Shown piece after piece: positions 15,749 to 23,376 of a stretch of DNA of 27,535 nt. Each line of letters opens with the position of its first letter. The stretch's first letter is position 1. The position numbers and the translations under genes are program-made. The notes below the pieces were generated by a model. It searched no databases and had not been told where the DNA came from. It saw only the letters and a program-made list of their open reading frames with translations. This DNA is from a virus (Duplodnaviria > Caudoviricetes). The stretch covers positions 1 to 27,535 of IMG/VR virus record IMGVR_UViG_3300033076_000337; one strand, written 5' to 3'.

Positions 15749-17274
15749 AGAAGTCCTTCTAACAATTGTTCGCCCTGCTCAACTGTTTCAGGATCATCAA
15801 ACATGTTACTGTCATTGTCCTTACCAGCATCGTCAACTTCGAACAAGCTATTAAATCCTGCAACTGTACTCTTAAGAGTCTTAGCGCCGTTAAAGTTTGC
15901 CAACAAGTCTTGTGCTTTGTCTAACTCTGTATATGGAGTTTGACTTGTAAACACACGATTAACAAGTTCGTTCATGTAAACTACATTACGTGGAACCCAT
16001 TCGCTTAACTCGTCTGCACCTTTTTTAACTTTGTGCCAAGCTGATGGATCTGGTTGATGCATTGCACAAGCCGCATCGTTTAATGCGTTTGCACGTTGTA
16101 CACTTTCAATGTGCTGATACACATTGTGACCCATCATTAAGAAGTAGCTGAAGCTATCCCAAGAAGTCTTGCCTTCTTTGCCTAACTTGTTCAGCATACC
16201 TGGCGCATACCAACACAAGTCACCCATAGTCATTCTTTCGCCTACTGGACTGTTCCATGGCCAAGCAATCTTACTACCGCTCAATTTCTTATTATCGATA
16301 GCCTTAGTCATCAAATAGCTAAAGCGATCATTTTGATGAACGTGTTGTGTATATACTTGTCCATATGCTGTGGCTAGGAATGGGCTAGCACAGTCAAACG
16401 TAACCTTCATATTAGGGTTAACGTGTTGGCGAATATTACGTTGAACGGCCGTTAATAAGCAGGCAAGTTCAAGTTTGCTAGTACCCAAGAAGTGAATAAC
16501 ATCACGACCAGGCTCTAACAGTTTCTCGTCACGTAGTTTAATTAAGCGGCGCAACATGAGGTCTACGTCCTTCATGTTGTTACCTCCCATAGCCCAACCT
16601 TCGAATGGATAGTGCTTAACTGCTTCGTACCAAATCTCTGCGTCAACGTTATTGCCGCCTTGCAGAACGTTCAAGAACTTAGTCTTACCTTGACGATGCT
16701 TTAAGAAGAAGTCGTTGTTAAACAATGTTCCCTTCAAGCAATCGTTAAAGTCTTTGAGTCCTGTACGAGGTTGGTTAATAGGATTACTTGCCCATGTAGG
16801 TAAGTCAAGTACCATGCTATAATCAGCAGTAAACTCTAACCAGTTAAGGATAGCCATACGTGTTTTATCTGCTTCTCCGACGTAGCCAGCGTCGCCTTGC
16901 TTTTCCCAGAAGTGCTTCCAGTCAAAGTTAATAACACCTTTACCAATTTGGAACCCGCCAGAGTCTCCAAGGATAAACGTGTTAGGCTTGTCACGTTGTT
17001 GTACCATGCTTTCCTGCACCCAAGACTTTTTCAGGTCTAATTGTGCGTGTCCTGCTGAGTACAATGCGTGACTATAATGAAAGTATGCTTTTTCCTTATT
17101 AAGGAAGTTCATACCTTCAATACCATTCTCAAACTCAGCAGGAATACGGCTAGCTTCAATATACTCGCCTTCCTGTTGTTTTGAGATAAAGGTATTGTAG
17201 AATCCGCTAATACTAGGCAAGAATATTGCATAGTCTTTATTGCGCGGATCTAAGTCCACTGTTGTTTTACTCAT
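15745..17274 (-). CDS. dpdA: DpdA/TGT-family 7-deazaguanine DNA transglycosylase
   Basis: TGT-barrel motifs 'GDSGGFQ', 'MVLDLP', 'LNVLQG', 'IHFLG', 'TFDCASP', 'HN'. Lacks the tRNA-TGT CxCxxC zinc site. Adjacent to the clamp, polymerase and folE/queE. Subclass not determined. Confidence 0.85.
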   Translation of the reverse strand: MSKTTVDLDPRNKDYAIFLPSISGFYNTFISKQQEGEYIEASRIPAEFENGIEGMNFLNKEKAYFHYSHALYSAGHAQLDLKKSWVQESMVQQRDKPNTFILGDSGGFQIGKGVINFDWKHFWEKQGDAGYVGEADKTRMAILNWLEFTADYSMVLDLPTWASNPINQPRTGLKDFNDCLKGTLFNNDFFLKHRQGKTKFLNVLQGGNNVDAEIWYEAVKHYPFEGWAMGGNNMKDVDLMLRRLIKLRDEKLLEPGRDVIHFLGTSKLELACLLTAVQRNIRQHVNPNMKVTFDCASPFLATAYGQVYTQHVHQNDRFSYLMTKAIDNKKLSGSKIAWPWNSPVGERMTMGDLCWYAPGMLNKLGKEGKTSWDSFSYFLMMGHNVYQHIESVQRANALNDAACAMHQPDPSAWHKVKKGADELSEWVPRNVVYMNELVNRVFTSQTPYTELDKAQDLLANFNGAKTLKSTVAGFNSLFEVDDAGKDNDSNMFDDPETVEQGEQLLEGLL

Positions 17275-17496
17275 TTATCGTCTTTCGTCATCTTCCCAAT
17301 GATCAAGGCTTTCTCGATCATGTTCATGCTGTAGTCTTTGCAACCTAGCAATCTCGTCTCTAAGCATTAGCTTTTGTTTCTTCATGTCATGTAACTTTGT
17401 TTCTTGTACATGAGGATGATTTCTTTCCATGTCTGCAATTTGTTTGTCTAACAAATGATGAGATTCTGTCAGATGTTTGATGCGGTTTTCGTACAT
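17275..17496 (-). CDS. DUF465/YdcH-like small coiled-coil protein
   Basis: 'H..LDKQI...MKKQKLMLRDEI' pattern. GGAG SD. Confidence 0.7.
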   Translation of the reverse strand: MYENRIKHLTESHHLLDKQIADMERNHPHVQETKLHDMKKQKLMLRDEIARLQRLQHEHDRESLDHWEDDERR

Positions 17497-17508
17497 GGAA
17501 ATCTCCTA

Positions 17509-18249
17509 TTAACGAGTCATTGCAGGCAGAATGTAATTGTACAAACCGATGCCGCTGTCAACGCTAATCATACAAGCGCCCTGATTGCTGAAGTTAACAG
17601 CACAAATACCACCCATGCCCAACTTGAGAATGTTCAAGAATTGGTTAAGTGGGAAACTCAAGTCACCTTTGATGTTGCCACCAACGTTGTTAGCGAATGT
17701 ACGCTTACCAAAGTGGCTACCACCGTTTGCGCTACCAAGTTCAAACACTAAGTTGCCATTGTCTGTGCGTACAGTAAATGTTGGCTCAATGCTAGAGTAA
17801 ATGCTAGCGGCCTGTGCTAAGTCTTGTACCTTTGCCTTAGTCGGTTCAAATGTAACGTCCCATGTGGCGCCTTTGAACTTAACTGTTTGGATCTGTGTAT
17901 CGATTACTTCTTTGCTCATCAAACGATACTTGTCCGAGTTACCATCTGGATCTTTGAACACTAGTGTTTCTGGCAAGTCAACGCCGTTGCGGTTAGTCTT
18001 AACTACATCAACTGTTGTGCCGTCTTTGGCATACAGGTTACAAACACCGTTCAAGAAACCCAAGTTACCCATACCAAATTCGCCGACAAAGTCGCCTTCT
18101 GGTTTGTGTAGTTTGGCATTCAAGATAACTGTCTTGTCCTGATCAATTGCCGCAATCTGAGTTTCCTCTGCGGTCCCTGTTACCTTGAGACTGTCAATAA
18201 TGCCAAGTCCGCTGGTATGTCTTACGATATCTAATACGATGTCTTTCAT
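17509..18249 (-). CDS. DNA sliding clamp (gp45/PCNA-like)
   Basis: 246 aa, directly downstream of the B-family polymerase. Beta-rich two-domain pattern ending 'YNYILPA'. AAGGAG SD. Called from size, position and general resemblance. Confidence 0.7.
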   Translation of the reverse strand: MKDIVLDIVRHTSGLGIIDSLKVTGTAEETQIAAIDQDKTVILNAKLHKPEGDFVGEFGMGNLGFLNGVCNLYAKDGTTVDVVKTNRNGVDLPETLVFKDPDGNSDKYRLMSKEVIDTQIQTVKFKGATWDVTFEPTKAKVQDLAQAASIYSSIEPTFTVRTDNGNLVFELGSANGGSHFGKRTFANNVGGNIKGDLSFPLNQFLNILKLGMGGICAVNFSNQGACMISVDSGIGLYNYILPAMTR

Positions 18250-18269
18250 CTGTGTATCTCCTTTGTGTG

Positions 18270-18298
18270 AGTATATAGGTTTATTTAGGTCGTGTCAA
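18270..18298 (-). promoter_or_regulatory. sigma70 promoter TTGACA-17-TATACT with an embedded TAAATA late-like box
   Basis: Minus strand TTGACA cgacctaaataaaccta TATACT, in the polymerase-clamp gap. Confidence 0.8.
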
Positions 18299-18301
18299 CA
18301 A

Positions 18302-20947
18302 TTATTCAAATAATAGGTTGAACGTGTTTTTCATTTTAGTTGACTGCAAGTCCCAGTTTAGAACACCGAGCAAGTTGTCAATCTTGTTATCAATAATAGT
18401 CTCTTCCATGGCCTCTTCGTCAAACGGAAGTTCTTTGAACCATTGTGGCAACCTTTGTTCATCTGTTGGATAAGCTAGGCTGGTCATGTTCAATGGATTG
18501 CTCTTTAGTTTGCAAACAACAACTTTCATACCGTCAACTGCGTCCATACTAAATTGGTCTCCATGCATCTTTTTAATGCGGTTCCAATTGATAGCCGCCA
18601 TTGCATGTCCAATTCCACATTTACCTGTTTTATTGAATACTGCGGTATGTTGTGTTAAGTTGTTTACACGCTTTGGAGTTCCTTTTTCCCAGGCAGGTTT
18701 GGCCTTAAAGTCTTTTCTAAATTCAAGAATCTTGTCTAGAATCTCTTGACGTTCTACACCAGTTAGTAACATCAATAAAATCTCTTCAAGAAACTTTTGC
18801 ATGAATTCAGGAGTGTCTGCTCTCTTAAGGTCCAAGCCCATGGCTTTTACTTCGCCTGGTTCACCATCCAAATCTTTACGCTTGCCTTCCTTATCATAGA
18901 TAAGAACAGCATAACGCTTTTTGGTAATGAACAAGCCTTTACTAGCAACAACTTCTCGACCAGCTTTAATTGGTGCCGCATATACGCTAGGAACATTAAA
19001 TGCCTTATTCATAAATGCTGGAAAGGTATCATTAACTTCGTTACTTACAGTATCGTACAGTTCAACAATCTTTTCCTTGCTCCAATCAATCTCGCCACGA
19101 CTTACTTCGCCTTTGAATACAGGCCACGCACTAAAGTATACCGAGTCAGTATCACCGTAGATAATAGTTTCACCTACGTGATTGTACTCGCCTGTAAACA
19201 TAGCATTAACCTGTGCGGCCATGTGTCTAGCAATACAACGACCTGTTAGTGTAGTTGATTGTCCTAAGCGTTGGTCGAAGAACCTACTACCTGCGTTCAA
19301 CAAAGCGCCGTATGCAGAGTTCAAGTTAATCTTCTTAACTAATTGTCGCTTGTCCCAGAACTCAAATTCTTTTTCGTTGTCGATACAACTCTTTGCTTTC
19401 TTTTGTAGTTCCTTACGTTCACTGTACCAACGTTCAAGCAAGCCTGGAATAACACCCTTCTCGGTAAAGTTAAAGATTGTACCATTGGCACTGATCATTA
19501 AGTTTTGTCCGCTGAGGAAAATCATTTCAAATGCTTGTTTTCCACTGACCTGTTCACTACGTCCGTTCTCCCAGTCAATAATAACATCAGTGCCAATGTC
19601 CTGATTCATTACTGCTTCGTATTCCATCGTAGCAAAACGTCCGTCCCAACAATCAGCAAAGCTCTTGCCAGCAGCCATACCATCGCGAATCATCTTCTTG
19701 GTCATGTCCAAACGAAGTTGTCCCACGATAGTTTCTGGACTCATGTTAAGCGCACGAATAACAGACGGATACAGACTGTTCAAGTCCATACTGCCAATCC
19801 ATTCGTGTATACCCTTTTTAGGATACGCAACATAAGCACCTGCGGCCTGTGTTTCAGCATGGTCTCTTGTTCTGTCAGGGACAATTAGTCCACGATTGTG
19901 TGCTTCTCTAATAACAGCTTGGTCAGTAACTGCAACAGCACCCATTGTTGTTTGGAACAATACACAGTTAGCATGTGCCAAAACGTTTACTAAGTCAATG
20001 TACTGTAGTTTCTTGTCCAGCTTGACCAACAGCATAACGTCTTGTCTGTTATAAGCAATAAACTTTTCAAAGTCATTGTTGTATAACTGATCCAACGTGC
20101 CTTCATAGTGAACTTTAGTTTCGCCTAGCTCATATTCTCCAACATAGTCAAGTCGATATGTGTGAAGTTCATGATATGTGTACTTGCGATACAGTTCAAG
20201 ATAGTCAAGGTGTACACGACCTATCAAGTCATAGGTAACAGCAGTCTTACCATACTTTTCAAATTCACGTGCCTTAGGCTTTTGTCCCCACAAGCAGAAA
20301 CGCTTGCAATGGTCTTGGCCCATTACTCGTGCAATACGATTAAAGGTATATGGAATGTCGAAGCCTTCACTGTTCCATCCGCTTAAGACATCTGCATCGT
20401 CCACCAACTGAATGAACATGTCTAACATTTCTTCTTCAGTGCTACACAATACAGTATTCTCAAACCTGTTACAGATTTCTTCTGCTTGCTCAGTTGTAAG
20501 CCTGTCCGGCTTCAAGCATACAGTAATAAGTCTTTCCAACCAACTCAAGTACAATGTAATACTGGTAATGTTGTTGAATGGATCGCTAGGGTCCGCAAAA
20601 CCTTTCTCCTTGTCGAAGTTAACTTCAATGTCGAAGAAACAAACGTTTAGTTCAGGAGTATCGCCGTTGGGATACTCGTCTTCTAAACAACGGAACACTG
20701 GCTTGATATCACTTTCGTATAGCTTCTTGCCGCTGTAGATACGCTTTTCTTTTTCAAACGCCTTGTGATTGTTGACAGCAACTTTGCTCAGTGGCTGTCC
20801 GTAAATGCTTTTGTACTTGCCCTTGGCGTCAGGGTAATAAAACACATACTTGGCAGGAATGTCCTTGAACTTCCTTTGACCGTTGACACGCTCAACAACT
20901 TGAATTAAGTCTTTTTGTTTATTGTAGAATGCGTCTACGTAACTCAT
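18302..20947 (-). CDS. family B DNA polymerase (T4 gp43-like), 881 aa
   Basis: Exonuclease motifs 'FFDIE', 'WNSEGFDIPY', 'YNRQDV'. Polymerase motifs 'DLNSLYPS', 'KKINLNSAYG', 'YGDTDS', 'KKRY'. Confidence 0.98.
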   Translation of the reverse strand: MSYVDAFYNKQKDLIQVVERVNGQRKFKDIPAKYVFYYPDAKGKYKSIYGQPLSKVAVNNHKAFEKEKRIYSGKKLYESDIKPVFRCLEDEYPNGDTPELNVCFFDIEVNFDKEKGFADPSDPFNNITSITLYLSWLERLITVCLKPDRLTTEQAEEICNRFENTVLCSTEEEMLDMFIQLVDDADVLSGWNSEGFDIPYTFNRIARVMGQDHCKRFCLWGQKPKAREFEKYGKTAVTYDLIGRVHLDYLELYRKYTYHELHTYRLDYVGEYELGETKVHYEGTLDQLYNNDFEKFIAYNRQDVMLLVKLDKKLQYIDLVNVLAHANCVLFQTTMGAVAVTDQAVIREAHNRGLIVPDRTRDHAETQAAGAYVAYPKKGIHEWIGSMDLNSLYPSVIRALNMSPETIVGQLRLDMTKKMIRDGMAAGKSFADCWDGRFATMEYEAVMNQDIGTDVIIDWENGRSEQVSGKQAFEMIFLSGQNLMISANGTIFNFTEKGVIPGLLERWYSERKELQKKAKSCIDNEKEFEFWDKRQLVKKINLNSAYGALLNAGSRFFDQRLGQSTTLTGRCIARHMAAQVNAMFTGEYNHVGETIIYGDTDSVYFSAWPVFKGEVSRGEIDWSKEKIVELYDTVSNEVNDTFPAFMNKAFNVPSVYAAPIKAGREVVASKGLFITKKRYAVLIYDKEGKRKDLDGEPGEVKAMGLDLKRADTPEFMQKFLEEILLMLLTGVERQEILDKILEFRKDFKAKPAWEKGTPKRVNNLTQHTAVFNKTGKCGIGHAMAAINWNRIKKMHGDQFSMDAVDGMKVVVCKLKSNPLNMTSLAYPTDEQRLPQWFKELPFDEEAMEETIIDNKIDNLLGVLNWDLQSTKMKNTFNLLFE

Positions 20948-21246
20948 TTAATGATCATCCTAATTAGTCCGATTGAATCAATAGTTGTAAGTAGCAAGTA
21001 GTTTGCTAACATACCGAAACTACCACGTGTCCAAGCCGCCCACGCATACAACGCACAACCACAGATCCATATAGGATACAGTATTATAAGCGGTGGGTTA
21101 GGTACTGTCAACATCATTACAATGCTATTACCAATACTAATGGTCCAGGCCAGAACTTCGATGTAGAATCGAAATGGCCACTCTTGATAGTCTTCTTTGA
21201 TCCACTCCCATGTAGGAGCGAACCAAGATTTAAGTTTATTGATCAA
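20944..21246 (-). CDS. small multi-pass membrane protein, 100 aa
   Basis: About three hydrophobic segments. Overlaps the genes on both sides by 4 nt (TTG start). Confidence 0.75.
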   Translation of the reverse strand: MINKLKSWFAPTWEWIKEDYQEWPFRFYIEVLAWTISIGNSIVMMLTVPNPPLIILYPIWICGCALYAWAAWTRGSFGMLANYLLLTTIDSIGLIRMIIK

Positions 21247-21503
21247 AGGGTAAAGCCCGAAGCTTCAAGCACTTCTTCGACTTCGCTGAATGCTTCTTGT
21301 TCGTCTTTGAGTGCGTTTTTGTGTGCGATTTTTAAAGCCTTGTTAAGAACAGCGGGCTTCATATCCATTTCTTCAGCAATGGATTTAACTGTGTCCTTGA
21401 GTCCTTCGCGAAGGTCTTCCATCTCGCGCATTACACGCATACCTTCGTTGAATAGTTTTTTGAGTTTTGCAATATCTTCTGAATTGAATGAACGTCCTGG
21501 CAT
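21243..21503 (-). CDS. T4 DsbA-like double-stranded DNA-binding protein
   Basis: Helical 86-aa protein, 'LKDTVKSIAEEMDMKPAVLNKALKIAHK'. AGGAGG SD. Confidence 0.7.
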   Translation of the reverse strand: MPGRSFNSEDIAKLKKLFNEGMRVMREMEDLREGLKDTVKSIAEEMDMKPAVLNKALKIAHKNALKDEQEAFSEVEEVLEASGFTL

Positions 21504-21530
21504 AGTGCCTCCTAAAAAATGTTATGTTGC

Positions 21531-21560
21531 ATTATAATTTAGTAAGCCTATGCCAGTCAA
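21531..21560 (-). promoter_or_regulatory. sigma70 promoter TTGACT-18-TATAAT for the replication operon
   Basis: Intergenic, upstream of the AGGAGG SD and ATG 21503. Confidence 0.75.
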
Positions 21561-21581
21561 GTCACATCTTAGATATTGGTG

Positions 21582-21629
21582 TTATTTCTTTGGGTGCTTG
21601 CCACCGCAAACTGGGCATTCTTCGTGCAT
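21582..21629 (-). CDS. 15-aa micro-ORF MHEECPVCGGKHPKK (CxxC)
   Basis: ATG 1 nt after the lysozyme stop, GGAG 6 nt upstream, TAA at 21582-21584. Confidence 0.5.
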   Translation of the reverse strand: MHEECPVCGGKHPKK

Positions 21630-21630
21630 A

Positions 21631-22170
21631 TTATTCTCCATCTGGATGCTCAAACAAGTCAGCTTCTGCTACTCTACGTTTGGTTAAACCTGGAAGTTCT
21701 TTACCGCCTGCTTTGTTCCAACGCATGAACTGCTCGCGGCATCCTGCAAAGTTACCAGCATTTACTGTTTTAAGTAATGTGCTAGCACGTAAGTTGCCCA
21801 CACCTGCATTGTACGCAAAGCTAACCAATGCGTCAAACATGTTTTGAGTAACGTGTGGATTTGTTACTAGTTTGTCTACGTTGTGTGCAAACTCTGCTAC
21901 CTCAGTTTCGAATAGCTCATTAGCATCAGCCAACGAACATTCGTCGCCGTCTACTACTGGGGTATCGTCTGCCCAACGTGTATTGCCCCAACCAATTGTA
22001 GGAACGTTGGCGCTACAACGATAGCTGTAGACTGTTTGTTCTGTATTGATTAGGTTTGTTACTGGTTTTGGTTTAATCTTGCCTAGTGCGGCAGATCCTG
22101 GAATTGAGCTGTAGCATCCTTCGAAGTGCTTGATCAAGTCCATACCATTTTGACCTATTGTTCTAGCCAT
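21631..22170 (-). CDS. GH24 phage lysozyme / endolysin
   Basis: 'LIKHFEG...YRCSANVPTIGWG', 'FDALVSFAYNAG', 'STLLK', 'RWNKAGG..LPGLTKRR..E'. Confidence 0.93.
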   Translation of the reverse strand: MARTIGQNGMDLIKHFEGCYSSIPGSAALGKIKPKPVTNLINTEQTVYSYRCSANVPTIGWGNTRWADDTPVVDGDECSLADANELFETEVAEFAHNVDKLVTNPHVTQNMFDALVSFAYNAGVGNLRASTLLKTVNAGNFAGCREQFMRWNKAGGKELPGLTKRRVAEADLFEHPDGE

Positions 22171-22194
22171 AATGTGTGCTCCTGTATATCCATA

Positions 22195-22200
22195 TATTTA
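22195..22200 (-). promoter_or_regulatory. TAAATA late-promoter-like box upstream of the lysozyme
   Basis: Resembles the T4 late TATAAATA element and is followed by an AGGAG SD. It overlaps a stop codon, so it could be chance. Confidence 0.45.
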
Positions 22201-23376
22201 CCAAATATACGGAAACAGTTGCTCACTTTTAGTATGTCTAATTGCGTCCAGGTCTTTCAAGTACTTACGAGTAGATTCAATGTCATTGCTTTGATTTTTA
22301 AGCAAATTGTCCACTAAATCAGGCATTTCAGAAGTTAAATTATGCTCTTTTAACCACTGTCTGTGAAAGCGGGTCATACGGCTTGCTTCTTCCCTATGTT
22401 CAGCAGGCAGTAAATCAGCTTTTAAGTTTTCAGGGAAACTGATAACGTTGTATTGATAGTTGTGTATACCCGTAGCTGTGTATATTGCACGTTCAATCTT
22501 GTCTAAGTCCAAGATGTTTAGTATGCTAATGCTAGGGGTAATTTTAATATCAATGTGCGGGCACTGGTTTTTAACCTTTATTAGGTTCTCCAGTGTTTGT
22601 TTCCAACTTGCACCCCAGCGAATGTAGTCAAATCTATCCCATACGTTGTCAACGCTGACCAGCATACTGATATGGCTAAAATTGTTCCATAAGTCTAGTA
22701 CGTTTTTCTTCTTGTACTCTAAATTACTAAGGTTAGTAATGTACGAAATGTTAACTTGCTTTTTCTGTTCAGCAAAGTATTCTAGAATTTCGTAGTGTTG
22801 ATCTGTTACTAACGGTTCCCCGCCTGCAAAGGTGACGTTTTCTACATCGTCTAAATGTTCAGTTGTTAATTGTTCCATGATATCCAAGCTCAGTGTTCTG
22901 TCGTGCCCGCTGTCTCTGCCTAGCTTAATCCAATCAGTGTGCCACCGGCTACTAAATGTTGGACCACAGCTAACACAAGCTAGGTTACAAACGTTGCTAA
23001 ATCTAATGTCCAGGTATTTAAGTTTAAAATCACTAAAGTCAGTGGGATGATACTTAAAGCTATTAATACGCATACTGTCCATGCCCACAGCTTCTTGTTC
23101 GTAGCACTTATAGCAGGTACTTACAGGTTCCCCTGCCAGCATCTTACGTTTGATTTCCTTGTATTCATCGCCGTTAACGATGTCGATGATTTTAGTTTTG
23201 TTTAAGTTGCCAATTGGCCGCATAGGATCGCTCAGACAGCAAGGGAAAGCCTTGCCATCCGGCCATGCATGTACATGTACCCATGGTAAAGTACAGATGC
23301 TTTTATTGATAGTAGGATCTAAGGATCTCGTACCACTCGGGGAATGTTTGTTTAAAGCTCTGTTTACGATATTCAT
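22198..23376 (-). CDS. radical SAM protein with N-terminal twitch/SPASM-like domain
   Basis: 'CTLPW...PCC...CYKC', 'CNLACVSC', 'GGEP'. Start uncertain (23376 or 23388). Confidence 0.9.
   Translation of the reverse strand: MNIVNRALNKHSPSGTRSLDPTINKSICTLPWVHVHAWPDGKAFPCCLSDPMRPIGNLNKTKIIDIVNGDEYKEIKRKMLAGEPVSTCYKCYEQEAVGMDSMRINSFKYHPTDFSDFKLKYLDIRFSNVCNLACVSCGPTFSSRWHTDWIKLGRDSGHDRTLSLDIMEQLTTEHLDDVENVTFAGGEPLVTDQHYEILEYFAEQKKQVNISYITNLSNLEYKKKNVLDLWNNFSHISMLVSVDNVWDRFDYIRWGASWKQTLENLIKVKNQCPHIDIKITPSISILNILDLDKIERAIYTATGIHNYQYNVISFPENLKADLLPAEHREEASRMTRFHRQWLKEHNLTSEMPDLVDNLLKNQSNDIESTRKYLKDLDAIRHTKSEQLFPYIW

Noticed and set aside
15745-17274. Ordinary tRNA-guanine transglycosylase (tgt)
   Set aside because: Lacks the CxCxxC zinc site, is longer than bacterial Tgt and is co-transcribed with the clamp. 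A DNA-acting DpdA fits better, though the substrate is not proven.
18302-20947. Intein or intron in the DNA polymerase
   Set aside because: Continuous 881-aa ORF with normally spaced motifs and no splice-junction or LAGLIDADG signatures.
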